A stretch of 64,000 bases of DNA from the human T2T-CHM13v2.0 reference genome, Homo sapiens. The notes below the pieces were generated by a model, which did not search any database, was not told the origin of the DNA, and saw nothing but the letters and a program-made list of their open reading frames with translations. A program made the translations under genes and the position numbers. Within the stretch, counting starts at the first letter, position 1; the number at the start of each line of letters is the position of its first letter. Below are positions 1 through 13,980 of this stretch, one piece after another. The stretch lies in assembly GCF_009914755.1 (NCBI RefSeq), contig NC_060930.1; one strand, given 5' to 3'.

Positions 1-135
1 ATAAAATCAAAGGGCACCCTCTTGCTGCTCAAATGGTTTTCTCACAAAGATAACGAGGGTGGTGGAGTGACTTATGGATATGGTGAGATGATGTCAAGTG
101 ATGCTAAGTGCAGGTAGCCACAGAAGCATCCAGGT

Positions 136-470
136 CCGAGGTTCCCAAACCTTTTGGTTTCAGCACCACTTTGCACTCTTAAAATCAAAGAGATTTTTTA
201 AAATGTGAGTTGTATCTGTTGATATTTACCATAGTCAAGATTATAATGGAGAAAATATAAACACACAGGAATACTCAAGCCTGTGTGCCATTAGCGGAGA
301 GGTGACATCATTACACATCAGATTGCCTCTGGGAAACAACACTGCTCACATACGTGCAAATGACAGTGAAGAAAGCGAAAGGTGTCTTGCAGTATTATAA
401 AAATAGCTTTGACCTCACAGATGCTTTGAAAGGGTCCCATGGCCCCTGAGGGTCCCCAGAGCACACTTTC
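136..470. mobile_element. hAT-Charlie-type DNA transposon relic (MER119/MER106-like)
   Basis: Begins ggttcccaaaccttttggtttcagcaccactttgcactcttaaaa; ends gggtccccagagcacacttt. Confidence 0.55.
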
Positions 471-494
471 CTATGTCAGTCAGCATCCAGCACT

Positions 495-705
495 CCAGGC
501 TGGGCAACATAGTGAAATGCCATCTCTGAAAGAAAAAAAAAATTAGCTGGGCGTGGTGGCACACAACTGTAATTTCAGCTACTTGGGAGGCTGAGGTGAG
601 AGGATACCTTGAGCCAAGGAGTTTGAGGCTGCAGTGAGCTATGATTGCACCACAGCCTTCCAGCCTGGGTGACAGACTGAGACTCTCTCTAAAAAATAAT
701 AATAG
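495..705 (+). mobile_element. Alu, 5'-truncated, old (AluJ-like)
   Basis: Linker, right arm (ttagctgggcgtggtggc...gacagactgagactc) and A-rich tail. Confidence 0.9.
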
Positions 706-2059
706 TAACTTTTAAAAATATATTTTAAAAACTCAAACATCTAGCACATGAATGTTGTTACATGCTTGGCCTTGTACTAGGTCCTGGGGAAGACACACAA
801 AATAATATGATGTAGGGACCAAAAAGAATATAAAATGTAGCCCCTGCCTTTGAGCACACTGAAATAAATGCAAAAAATGGAAAACTGCCTAGTGATGCAA
901 GCTGGTATACAGTAAGTGCCAAATGAGAGTCAGAGCTAAGGTGTATCCCTGGCATTTGGAATAGCAGTCCCTAGGGCCTAAGTGGGGCAAGCCAGGTGTC
1001 TTGGAGAAGGACAGTTTTGTGCTGGGCTTGAAGGAAAGATAGTTGGTTTATGGGAAAGAATGGAATTGGCATCAGAAACTAGGATTCCCCTGGGTCCCAG
1101 TTCTGTCATTAATCAAACGTGTGAACTGGAGCCCATTATGACTTCCCCGGGTGCAAAAGCAGCTGTGACATTTCCAGGTTGCTGATCCTAGCTTGAGTTC
1201 ACCCCTCTCCCTGGCAGACGGCTTGCTGTCTCTTTGCTCACTCATGGTCCAATGTGTACCTCCCCAGGGCCCTGCATACCTCCCCAAGAGTGGCATGTCC
1301 CACCCTTGAACTCAATGCCGCGGCCATTAGCACTGGATAAGCACAAACTCCTGACAGATACACACTTCCCATTGTTTCCACACTGAGTGGTCCTCTCTGT
1401 AAAGGCCTTTGATGTCTTGCGGACCTGGATCTCAGTCCAGGCCCCTCTACTTCCTTGTTCTATAACCTTAGGCAAGTTGCTTAGCTGCTTGGAACCTCAA
1501 TTTGTTTATGTGTGAAATTAAGGGAATAATACCTTACAGCGTTGTGGGGAGAGTTGATTGTCAATCTCTCAATCCAAGACACAGTCCAAAGTGGGGACTT
1601 TCAAGTTAGAGCTGCAATTCATCATCCATCTCTGGTAGGCTGTACATACAACATAGTTGCAAGCAACACAAGTTATGAAATATAATATTGGATTAACTGA
1701 TTTATTTGTTTCAAATTTTAAATCACCACAGAACTGGGTCATCATGGAAAGATAAAAAAGAAATAGAAAAACAAATACTACTGATCCTACTAAACCTCCC
1801 CAAGAAGAGAAAATAAGAGAAAGAGAAAAAGACTATGAGTGCTGTAACTTTACAAGGTTTTAGACACTTTTCGATTTTCATAAGTAATCACAAATCCTTA
1901 TTTATACCTTTCTTGATACTGCGGAATATTACTTATGAGGACTAGTAATACCCAGTATGCAATGATTTACTCAGAAGCAGAAGTTGGAAAGTCACAGAAG
2001 ACCTATTTTTGATTCCAGGCCCACATTCCTCGAACCGAACTTTACCAATTGCTATTTTC

Positions 2060-2450
2060 CAGAAAAGAAACATAAAAAGGTAGGAAGGAAGGGAGAATGG
2101 AAGCAAGGAAGAAAGGAGGAAGGAAGGGAGGAAAAAAGAAAAAAAGGAAGGAAGGAAGAAAGAGAAAGAAAAGAAAAGGAGAAAGTTAGGAAGGGAGAAA
2201 GGAAGGAAAGAAGGATGGAAAATAAAGAGAAGAAAAGGAGAAAGGAAGGAAAGAAGGAAGGAAGGAAAGAAGGAAGAAAAGAGAGGAGGAAGGAAGGAAA
2301 AAGGGAAGGAAGAAAAGAGAGAAGGAAGGAAGGAAAAAGGGAAGGAAGGAAAGAGGGAAGGAAGGAAGGAAGGAAAGAAGGGAGTGAGTGAGGGAGGGAG
2401 GGAAGGAGGGATGGAGGGAAGGAAGGAAGGAAAGAAAGAAAGGAAGAGAA
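2060..2450. repeat. Polypurine (GGAA/GAAA/GGGA) low-complexity tract
   Basis: About 390 bp of almost pure A/G. Confidence 0.95.
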
Positions 2451-3275
2451 ACTGCCCTGTATGGCCCTTCACCTACCCCTGCAGGGGTCATTAGGATACT
2501 GCTACTTCATCACTTTCACAGGTTAATAATTACTGTTGTTTTCTTTCCCCTGAGTTTTATCTTATGTGGGTTGGGAAACTCTAGCTAAGAGAAGTGATAG
2601 TTTGTGATCTTTTTTGATTATTAAGGAGGATGAAGCGTTTTCACTTTCAATGGAATATGTGTATCAAAGGCATGTGCATACATACAGTTAATTTGACTGA
2701 GACCCAGGGACGACTTGGGAGGTAGTTGGCGATTATTTCACTATTACTGAGTTGTACTGGTAGAGTTTTATAACTTGCATGCCATGATCACACAAATTTT
2801 TCCATTTAGATCTCATAACTACCCTTGGAATAAGGTTTTCACTTAGGATGCCTTTAGCCAAAATAACAGATGACCCAATTCAGAGTTAATAAAGAGAAGC
2901 TGGAAAATTTTTTAGCTTACATAAGAATTCCAGAGGAAGATTCCTCTCTGCCATTCTCGCCATCAGATTTGTCCTAAGGCTGGTAGTATAGAGCTAGTCC
3001 TAGCTGGGCCTATCTGCTTCCTTGTCCAGGCCCAGCTTAGAGAGAGGCCAGCTTTGTGAAGCAGCATTTTCTTAAGAGCCAGGACGCTGATTTCCCAGAA
3101 GCCACCAGTAATCCTCTGCTCATGTCTCATGGGCACAGAATGGCTTAGGCAGGCCTGTTTCTATACTAATATGGCCCAGGGGATAGACATCTTGATTGGC
3201 TTAGACTCATTAGTTGGGGTAAATAGATATTGAGCAGTCAGCTACAATGTCCTCTACATATGTCATTTTCTAGAT

Positions 3276-3492
3276 CAGAGGTTGGCAAGTTGTAGCCTTT
3301 GCACCAAATCTGGCCAGCTGCCTGTTTTGTAAATAAAATTTTATTGGAACACAGCCACATTCATATGATTATGTATTGTTTATACCTGTTTTTGTGCTAG
3401 GATCACAGATTGACTGGTTGTGACAGAGACCATATGGTTCACAAAGCCTAACGTGTATTATCTGTCCCTCTACAGAAAGTTTGTTGACCGTT
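3276..3492. mobile_element. MER58A-like hAT MITE
   Basis: cagaggttggcaag...gcctgttttgtaaataaaattttattggaacacagccac...aaagtttgttgacc. Confidence 0.8.
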
Positions 3493-3901
3493 GTTCGAGA
3501 TGAAGAAAGTGGAGTTGAGGTTAAACAACCTGTCCAGCGTCAAAGAGCTGGTAGGCAGAGGCTACAGTCTAAGCCAGAGGCCCAAAGCTCTCTCTGCTAC
3601 CAGCTCCACTGGGAGAATTTCTTGGGATAGGCTTGCATGTTTTGTGATGTGTGCCAATGCTGCCTTTTACACAGAGCAACACTGACGTAGGCCTGCTGAA
3701 ATTAATATGTCCATAGTGACGAATTCAGTTCTTAGGAACTGAAATTCTACATGCTAATGTGGATAGAGGGATAAGGAGGGGCATGAGAAAATGAAAAGGA
3801 TATTTTATAATTTATCATAAAACACTGGACGCTCCATTTTTAAAAGACACACAAACATCAACTGGAATAAGATTTAAAAATTTTAATAAGCACTGGCATG
3901 A

Positions 3902-4237
<336 letters not shown>

Positions 4238-4439
4238 TAACTTCACATAGATTGAAATGTTGATTCATGTTTACTTTGATGAGTTTAATTCACAGAAAGT
4301 TTTTAAAATGAAGAACATGAAATGAACATAGTATTCACAAAAAAGGACACACCTGTAATATCTGTTTTTCCTTTATTATGCAGTCAATCCCTGCTCCCCA
4401 AGTGTACTTCTTCAGCCCCTCACCTACCCCTCATCTTTC

Positions 4440-4900
4440 TGCAGTAGTTTGTCTCCAAGGTGGCCCAAGTCCCTCTAGCCTTCTAGAATTCATACCCCCA
4501 TAGAGTTTCCTCCTACATCATCTAAGAGTTGGTCTATGACCAATAGAATATGGCTGGCATGATGGCGTGCAATGTCTTAAAAGGCATCACAGAGTCTACC
4601 TTGGTTTCCTGACTTGCTTGCTCTGGGGAAATTCAGTCGCCGTGCTGTGAGGGTGCTCAGGCAGCCCTGTGGAGAGCCCCCTTGGAGAGGCACCAAGGCC
4701 CCCCACCAGCAGATTCAGTAACTTGCCAGCCATGTGACTGAGTTCATGGGAAGCAGTCCCTTCAGCCCTAGTCAAGCCTTCAGATGATGGCAACCTTGGC
4801 TCACCAAAGATGGTGTGAGAGATAATAAGTGCTTATTGTTATTTTTAGTCGTCATGTTTTGGGGGTAATTTGTTATGCTGCCATAGGTAACTAATACTGA
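4440..4900 (+). mobile_element. MaLR LTR (MLT1 class)
   Basis: Typical 3' end gagataataagtg...gtaatttgttatgctgccataggtaactaatac. Confidence 0.7.
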
Positions 4901-5689
4901 CATGCTTGCCTCGTCACATGATACTCTTTTTCTTTCATTTTTGGTCAAAAGTGATGGTGGAAGAAAGAGGCAGGCAGGTCAGAAGGAAGTTAGGGATGAA
5001 ATGAAGGACAAAAAAGGAGGCTAAAAAGATGTCAAATGAAGGGAAAAGAAGGGGAAAAAAAAGAGTCCCAGATATTTCAGAATAGCACATGTTCAATTCT
5101 TCTGATAACAGTAACAATAGGTAGCTTTTATTGAGCACTTACTAGGTGCTTGGCACTGTGGTGGTATCTATAAGCACATTTTCTTTAAGGGATCAAGGGT
5201 TCTATTTTTTTACTAAAAATATGCACCTTAGAGGGAGGAAGTAATAAATATGAGGGATAAAAGCTGGACAATAGAGAACATTGCAAATAAGGCTATACAG
5301 AAAAAAATTACATGGAACTTTAAAATTTGGTAAGGAAAGGGGAAAGAAAAGATCTATGTGTGTATTATGGATATGAAAAAGATATTCTTCCTCTTTTCCT
5401 TCTTTTAGTCATTTTTCATTCATTCAATAAATATTTGTTTTAGGTACTAGGATCCAGCATTGAGCAAAACACAGTAATAGAGCTTGCACTCTGGGGCCAT
5501 TTCCTCTTTTTCAGAGGATGGCATCACCAAATAGTCATGGTGCCAGAAACCTGAGAGTCATCCTAATTCCTCTTTCTCCCCACCTCTACCATCATCAATG
5601 CTGGGGTCCTGGCAAGTTCCTCTTGCTGTTCTCTGTCCCATTGCTGCTACCTCTCCTTCACTGGGCATTCATCATTTCTCCCCAGCTGC

Positions 5690-6110
5690 ACCCATTTCCC
5701 ACGGCTGCTGCAACAATGTGCCACGAACTGGGTGGCTTTGAACAACTGACATTTATTGTCTCACAGGTCTAGAGGCGGAAGTCCAAAATCAAGGTCTGAG
5801 TAGGGCCATGCTTCCTCTGAAGGGGAAGAATTTGCTCCAGGCCTCTCTCCTGGATCCCAGGAGTTCCTTGGCTTGTGCAAGCCCAACTCCAGTCTTCACA
5901 TGGCACTCTCCCTGTGCACGTGCCCGCCTCATTACGTGATGCTCTTTTTATAGGGACACCTGTTATGTGGGATTAAGGACCCTCTCTAGAATCACCTCAT
6001 CTGAACTATTACATGTGTAACAACCCCATTTCCAAATAAGGTCACATTCTGGGTTACTAGAGATTAAGACCTCAACATCTTGGGGGGAGTGGTCACAATT
6101 GAACCCATAC
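5690..6110 (-). mobile_element. MaLR LTR (MLT1 class)
   Basis: Hallmarks aactgggtggctttgaacaac...atttattgtctcacag...ttccaaataaggtcacattctg. Confidence 0.75.
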
Positions 6111-6749
6111 CACCTGGGTTATGGCACAGTCTATCAGCCCACATATCTTGAATCCCTACCTCTAGTAATCCCCTCACTACTCCCCACATCTGTCCGGCAC
6201 ATGGTGGTCAGTGTGATCTGCCTAAAATGAAAACTGGATCATGTGATTACTCAGCTAAAAAGCCTCTCAAGTTTCATTTATCTTTAGCAAAGCACAAAGT
6301 TCCTTAAAACCTGCCCTGTGCTTCCCTCACTAGCTCCATCTCCCTAACTGTTTCACTTTTACTTGTATTTTAGCCACAAAGAACCAGACACATTTCCCAG
6401 AATCTGTCACAGGCCCCATTCCAAGGCAAGCTTCCTCTCATTTTCATGCTGTTTTTTTTAAAACTAAGTTCCCTACCCCGCCCCCGACCTTTGCCAAACA
6501 CTCCCCCTTACAAGACTCAGCTTAAATCATTTGCTTTGGGAATTCCTCTCAGATTCCTCCAGACTGAGTTAGAATTAGAGGTGTTCTCTGTTTCCCTTAA
6601 TTATCAACCTACTCATCACGCTGAGTTATAAATAATCTATTTGTCTCTCTTTTTAAAACTGTCAGTCCCTCCAGGGAGGGATTATGCATCCCTTGTCTTT
6701 GTATTCCTGTGCCTTCTTGTCTTTGCATCCCTAGTGCCAAGTATATTAT

Positions 6750-7133
6750 TGTCTTAGTCTGTTTGTGGAGCTATAACAGAATACCCGAGACTGGGTCATT
6801 TATAAAGAACAGAAATGTATTAGCTTACAGTCCTGGAGGCCGTGAAGTCCAAGAGCATGGTGCCAGCATCGGGTGAGGGCCCTCTTACTGCATCATCCCA
6901 CGGCTTAAGGCAGAAAAGCAAGAGAGAGTGAGCGCAAAAGATTAAGAGGCCAAACTTGCAGCCTCTAGCCCTTTTATAATTGGTGTTATTCCATTCATGA
7001 GGGTGACAGCCTCATGACCTAAACACCTCTCATTAGGCCCCATCTCCCAACACTATCGTATTGTGGTTTAAGTTTCCAACATATGAACTTTGGGAGAGTT
7101 CATATGTTAGCAACTTAACATATGAACATAGCA
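6750..7133 (-). mobile_element. MaLR LTR (MLT1A/MST class)
   Basis: tgtcttagtctgtttg...gagactgggtcatttataaagaacagaaatgtatt...catagca. Confidence 0.8.
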
Positions 7134-7734
7134 TGTATCAATTAAAAATAAGTATTCAGTATATGTTTGTTGAACTCACTTTACTGTCTTCTCTTTGAAC
7201 TGTGCCTTTTGCAGAGTGCAAGTAGAAGAGAGAAAGGTGGTGGTTCGATAAGCCACCTTGTTCTTGTAGTTTCGTGAGAGAACTTAAACTAAATCTTTCA
7301 AATACGGATCTAATGGGTTTTATTTATTCTGAGCTCTTTGACTCGGCTGGTATGGAACTTTAAAAATAAGGAAACTGAGGCACACAACTTGAGTTAGATA
7401 ATGGTTTGTTTAAAAGGACACCGTACATTTCCCTGTCTTCTCACTTACACGAGGCGGTCTTGGCTCCCCAGCTGGAGAACTTAAGTAATGAATGTCTGTA
7501 ATTAATCTGGGGACTTTTCTTGTAAACACCAACCTAAAAGTGATATTTTTGGTGGTATTGTTCACATCACTGCCACCACCATCATTTCCACATGTGCTTC
7601 TCATAACTGAGCTCCACACAGTCTCCAAATGGTAATTCACCAAAACTTTCTCTTTCCTCTTGGCTCCTGTAAATCCCCTTGGTTCTCTTTCTATGTCTCT
7701 GCTCCTTTTCTAGAGAATTTTCTCTTAATCATAA

Positions 7735-8328
7735 CTGTGGTGCTCTTCAAGTGTGGCAAGTTGTGCTTTCCAAAGATAGCCACACCTGGATATTTATTCT
7801 GTTTCACATGTTCTTCTTATGATGTGAGTAGCCCTCCCCCATTGAGAGCTAGAGTCTAGGTTTCCTCTTTTTGAAGCTGGGTAGGGCTTGGTGACTGTCC
7901 TGATCACAATGGCAAAATTGGTGTCCTGTGATCCAAGAATGAGTCATAAGAAGGATGTAGCTTCCACCTCGCTTACTCTTCCTTCTCTCTCCTTTTGCTT
8001 GACTTGGAACCCAGCTACCACAGCTGAAGAAACTCCGGCCACATGTGGAGGCTATATGCAGGCATTCCAGCTAAGGTCTCAGCTGACAGCCAGCACCAAC
8101 CATCAAATGTGCAAGTGAAAATCTTTCAGATGATACCAGTTTCCATCCTTCAAGTCTTAAAGCTGAGGGCCCAGAAGTCTTAAAACAGAAATGAGCCATT
8201 CCGACTGGACCCTGTCTAAATTCCTGACCCCATTAATTCTCACTAGTGAGAATTAATAAATGATGGTTGTTGTGTTACACCACTGGATTTGAGGGTAATT
8301 TATTACACACTGATAGACAGTTAATACT
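7735..8328 (+). mobile_element. MaLR LTR (old MLT1 class)
   Basis: 3' end aaattcctgaccc...aataaatgatggttgtt...gggtaatttattacac...taatac. Confidence 0.65.
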
Positions 8329-9889
8329 AAGAGCCTATTTTCTCTTTTGTTCTCTCCCTGGCAATTTCTTTCACTATGCCAATGTCTTGTTATCCTTCTC
8401 ATCACCTTCCTCCCAAGTCAACTCTCCCATCTTTGCAAGTGCCTCCCCATAATTACATTCAATGCAGGCTTCCTGCCTGTGTTCAGTGTTGCATTACCAG
8501 TTGTCTAGTGGTCACCTCTGAATACCTAGACTTGCTATTGCACAAAAAGATACTTAGCGTCTTGCTCCTCAGATTCATTTCTCTTCTGTTTTCTCTGTTC
8601 TCTGGAACCAATCTACCTGTCTACAAGCGTTGATCATCATTGACTCTTTCTTTCCTGTCTGTCCTACCCAACAGGTTGCTAAGTGCTGCATTGGGTCAGT
8701 TGGTATGATTTTGGCTGCAAGAAATACAAAAGTTAGCTAATCATGGTGTGGCATTTTGGGGCCAATCAGGAGGTAGAAACAGGGGAGTCTTAATATAAAT
8801 AATTACTAACTATGATGAAGGAGTAACTGTAAGATGTAAGAAAACTCTACATAGTCCCTCAGGCTGACGGAGAGGACTCAAGGAATGACAAGCCTTCAGA
8901 TCTGAAGGCATTCAGATTTCATGGGAAAAGGTTTGTTTCCATTTATTGGATAGCAGACTGGCCAGGCTGGAGCTGGCCTGCACTAGTATGCAAGTTGGGG
9001 AGCAGGTGGTCAGCACCTCATGGTATGGATGTCCTGGGAACAGCAGGAGAATCTCTTCTGCAGTTTGCCTCCAGTGTCCTCTGCTCAGAAAGCTTAATGT
9101 CATTTAGTTGAAAGGAGAACTGCTTAAATGGATTCCTTTATCACAGAGCATATACTAGAAGATGCATTCAAAGCAGAGAGGCAATACATTAATAACACAT
9201 GCACTTGGCTTAGGCATATTTATTTATTCTATCACAAAACAAAAGATCGGATACAAGAGTTTTGGTGAAGTGGACCAGTGTCATTCAGGATCCTGATGTC
9301 TTCCGTCTTGTTCCCACTGTGTTGGCCACATTTTCCCTCACAGTTATGAGGGGACAGCAGTTTCATATAGAAATTACTGCATCCAGACAACAAAAAAACA
9401 CAAAAGGGGAAGGGATTTCTGTTTTGCAACTCTTTTTATTGGAGAGAAAGCATTTTGCAGAAGATCTCAGGAGACTTCCCATCGAGTTCCATCATCAGGA
9501 CTGGGTCATACGCCCTTGCTCTGGCTGTAAGAATGTCTGGGAAGTGAGAATCTCACACCCACAGCCTCTGGTGGAGGTGGGCTTTGCCAGCAATCAAGGG
9601 CATGAGATGCCTGCAGGAAGGCAGCCAACCACACCTGCCTCATGCCTCTAACCCTATTCCCCTCTAAATTCCCATGCCAAAGCCTTAGGGCATTATCTTT
9701 GATAGTTACCTGGCCAGGTGTTAACTAACTGGGAACTGGGTGTTTTTGAAGGACACAAGGCTTTCTGCTGTCGAATTTGTCACCTTAATTGTGATACTTT
9801 TAATAAATTAGCTTCCAGTCTATCTTAAAACCAGATGGATTTTCCTGATGTGTCACCGTGAACATCTCTCTTTCTCCAAATCTCTCAAT

Positions 9890-10140
9890 GAGGAGGCAGT
9901 TGATGAGTTAACTGCATGGGCTTTGGTCCCAGATCATACAGCTCACATCCAAGCGCTGTCACTTACCAACTGCATGACCTTGGGCAAGGTATATAATTTC
10001 TTTATGACTGAATTGCTCATCTTTTCAAGGAGGGTAATAAAATTACCTATTTGGTGGGATTGGTATTAACAGTAAATGATATAATACAGGAATGGTATTG
10101 ACAGTGAGCCTTCAGTATGTATTATTGTATCTGCTGTTAT
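9890..10140 (+). mobile_element. MIR SINE
   Basis: Core cacttaccaactgcatgaccttgggcaagg. Confidence 0.65.
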
Positions 10141-10519
10141 TGTTCCCTACTTCATATCCAGCCAAATCTAAGCTTATTAGATGACCATTTAAGATCCTCT
10201 AGGAGCTGGGCACAATAAAAATTTTCAAACTTATATAAAAATTGACTACGTCCTAAACTGCGAGCTCCTTGAGGGAGGGATTATATTTTATGAGCCCAGG
10301 ATCTAGCACAGTTTTTGGCCAAAAGTAGTTTTTCTTTATTCCCATGTGACTTTTGCTTAAGCAAAAGGCCTTGTACAGCAAATACAGCTTCTGTATTTTA
10401 CCATGGCCTTGCACTTGCTGTTCTTTGTGCCTACAATGTCCTTTCCCTAAATTTCCCCCATTCTTCCAGATTCACTCAAAAGCAATCTCTTTCATGATGA
10501 GATCTCTTTCCCAATTCTC

Positions 10520-10790
10520 ATTTTGAAAAATGTCAAACCTATAGAAAAGTTGAAAGAATAGTACAAGAGCACTGATATATTCTTCACTACATTTGTGACT
10601 GTTAATATTTTTAACCTCTGCTTGCTATTCATACATATATTCTTTTTTTCCCCTGAAATCATTTGAAAGTTGCCAACATCATGACACTTCACTTTCAGCA
10701 TGTATCACATAAGAACAAGCACATCGTCCTATGTAATCACAGTAGCTTTATCTTATGAAATTTAACATTGATTCAATATTATTTACTGTA
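10520..10790 (-). mobile_element. Old L1 (L1M) 3' fragment
   Basis: tcaaacctatagaaaagttgaaagaatagtaca...aaatcatttgaaagttg...catcatgacacttcac. Confidence 0.6.
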
Positions 10791-11214
10791 CATTTTTTCT
10801 TGGCAGTTTATGATCTTAGAAATCAAGAAGCCTAAAATGAATCACTGTGTGTTTTGAGGGTCTTTTGGTAGAATCATGTTCCTTTCTGGGTGTTCTAAAA
10901 AGTTCCTGGATCTTTGGGGTGAGATTCTGTTTGAGTTTCAGAACAATGTGTGCATGCCATCAGTTTGATAGCTCATGGTTTGTGTTCCAAAGGGGCAGCT
11001 ATTAGTGTTACCTGTCCCTGCTATTGCTCTTGACATCATGCAGGGACATCCTCAGTAGCTGCTCTTTCTGCCCTTGGTCTGTCATTTGAGCTTGTGTTTC
11101 CAAAGTCAGATGCAGGAAGATTGGGTCCTCACAACAGGGCGGTGGTTGGAGCACCTGGATGCCAAGCCTGGATCTGTCCTATCATTTGAGGGACATTTGT
11201 GTTCTTGGCTATTT

Positions 11215-11648
11215 GTGTTCTTAGGCTGCCATAACAAAGTACCTCTGGGTGGCTTAAAATGACAGAAATTGTCTCACACAGTTCTGGAGGCCGGAAGTCC
11301 AAAACCAAGGCATTGGCAGGGTCACGCTCCCTCTGAAGGCTCTAGGGGAGAATCTGTTCCATGCCTTTGTCCCAGCTTCTGGTGTTGCTGGCAATCCTTG
11401 GTGTTCCTTGGCTTGTAGATGCATAGCACCTCCATTCTCATATGGCTGCCTTCTCCTTGTGTGTTTCTTGCCCACTTCTTGAAAGTACACCAGTCATACT
11501 GGATTAAGAACCCACCCTACTCTAGTATAACCTCATCATAATTTATCCATAAGGAATGACCCTATTTTCAAATAAGGTCACACTTGAAGTACTGGGGGTT
11601 ATGAGTTCAACGTATTCTTTTAGGGGACACAATTCAGCCTATAACAGG
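11215..11648 (-). mobile_element. MaLR LTR (MLT1C-like)
   Basis: ggctgccataacaaagtacc...ctctgaaggctctaggggagaatctgttcc...gggacacaattcagcctataaca. Confidence 0.8.
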
Positions 11649-11749
11649 GGGTCTTAGGCTGATATCTGTGAGTCTCTGCTTCCTCAAAGGTTTTTCAGAA
11701 AATTTAAATGAAATACAGGAGAATTATGCCCTGCAGTATTTGACTTTAC

Positions 11750-12025
11750 AGCAGGAGTCCCCCAACCCTCCGGGCCATGGACTTGTACTGGTCTGTGGCC
11801 TGTTAGGAACCTGGCCGCACAGCAGGAGAACGAGGGCATTACCGCTGAGCTCCGCCTCCTGTCAGATAAGTGGTGGTGCAAACCCTATTGTGCATGAGAG
11901 GGGTCTAGGGTGGACTGTCCTTGTGATGCCTGATGAAACATCCCCCACAACAGCCCTCCACCATCCATGGAAAAATTGTCTTCCACGAAATTGGTGCCTG
12001 GTGCCAAAAGGTTGGGGACTGCTGC
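11750..12025. mobile_element. MER1-type hAT-Charlie element
   Basis: Termini caggagtcccccaaccc...aaaggttggggactgctg. Confidence 0.8.
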
Positions 12026-12172
12026 TTTAAAGTCCCTTATATAGGATTTACATTAAAAATTTTCCAGTGGTCTCCAAATGTCCCTTATACCTTCCTATTT
12101 TTGGGTCTAGGCTCCAAGTAAGAATCACGCATTGCATTTTGTCATGCCTTTTTAGTCTCCTTTAATTTAGGA

Positions 12173-12533
12173 CAATGGTTCTCAAACTTCCATGTGTATG
12201 AGAATCTCCTGGAGAGCTTGCTAGAGCAATCTCCTGGTGCCAAACTTCCACGTTTATGAGAATCTCCTGGAGAGCTTGCTAGAGCAATCTCCTGGTGCCA
12301 AACTTCCACGTGTATGAGAATCTCCTGGAGAGCTTGCTAGAGCAATCTCCCGGTGCCAAACTTCCATGTGTATGAGAATCTCCTGGAGAGCTTGCTAGAG
12401 CAATCTCCTGGTGCCCATCTCCAGAGATTTTCATTCAATAGGTTGAGGCAGGACCCATGAAATGGCATTTCTAACAAGCTGGTAGGTGACACAAAAGTTG
12501 CTTGTCTAAGGACCGCACTTTTGAAAACCACTG
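12173..12533. mobile_element. MER5A-like MITE with internal tandem amplification
   Basis: TIR-like ends caatggttctcaaa...ttgaaaaccactg. Confidence 0.75.
12183..12414. repeat. 58-bp tandem repeat x4
   Basis: Unit caaacttccaYgtgtatgagaatctcctggagagcttgctagagcaatctcctggtgc starting at 12183, 12241, 12299, 12357. Confidence 0.95.
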
Positions 12534-12541
12534 ATCTAGAA

Positions 12542-12760
12542 CAGAGGTTGGCAAGCTTTTTCTGCGGAGGGCCATATGGTAAAATATGTTAGCATTTTCA
12601 GGTCATACAGTCTCTGTTGCAACGACTCAACTGTGTCATTGCAGGCAAAAGCAGCCCTAGATAATACATAAACACATGGGTGTGGCCGTATTCCCACAAA
12701 ACTTTATTTACAAAACAGCTGCCTTACCACATTTGACCCACAGGTTATTGCTTGCTACAT
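12542..12760. mobile_element. MER58-like MITE
   Basis: cagaggttggcaagc...aaaactttatttacaaaacag...tttgacccacagg. Confidence 0.7.
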
Positions 12761-13618
12761 GGATTTAGAGTAGCACTTCCACTTTTTTTCTCTTTTTTTT
12801 TTTGGAGGAGAGTTGTTTTTTCAGCGCATTAATATTTTGCAATAGTCCAGTTCAGTTTTCTTGTCATATGTTTCACAGTTTGAATTTGATTGTTTTATCT
12901 CAATTAGATTAAGTTGAACTTCTTGGCAAGACTACTTGTGATAGTGTGTACGGTAGGGAATAACTGTGAAAGACTTTGAAATGGACCAAAAATATTAGTG
13001 GTCAACTGTAATGGAATGCTAGCTGTTTAGTACAGTCTTTTGGGTTATCTGATTCTATGGGGTCTTGTGTCTGCCACTGTCTTTGAGGTATTTTACAACT
13101 CTGTAAATTGTAGACTACTGATGGTAATATACACGATTTTTGTCTTTAGAAATGCAAATTGTGTCTATTGCGTACGCAGCTGTTTTTTGACCTATGGTTA
13201 CTGACCAATTTTCCATCTATAGACAACCTTATTTCAGCATTCCTAACTGCTTGAATATTTGTTGGATTCTCCTTGGATTTTCCTTTGAACCAGCTGTGAC
13301 ATGTTACCGGTTCTCACATTAATGAATGAGCTAAGGAATACCTTTGATACATGTTCATTCTACATCTGAGTCATGATTATACCATCTTTTAAATATTACC
13401 CTTTAGCATTTTTTATTGCATCACTTTAGAAAGCAGAAAATGCTAGTTTTTTAAAAATTGGTGATACTAGTTTTAATTACTTGATTAAGGTGGTTCTACC
13501 AGATCTTTCCATTGTGAAGAGGTATTTTGTGTTTTTTAAGGAAGTATACTTTGAAGGTGATACTTTGAGACAAAGAGAATATTCCGCTTCACAATAATTT
13601 TTCACCAGATGGTTTTAG

Positions 13619-13980
<362 letters not shown>

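Noticed and set aside
1942-2588. Lys/Glu/Arg-rich and Phe/Ser/Pro-rich ORFs
   Set aside because: Translations of the polypurine simple repeat.
12183-12414. Regular repeats here and at 23978 and 61646 considered as CRISPR-like arrays
   Set aside because: Head-to-tail copies with no unique spacers, no cas genes, eukaryotic context; these are minisatellites.
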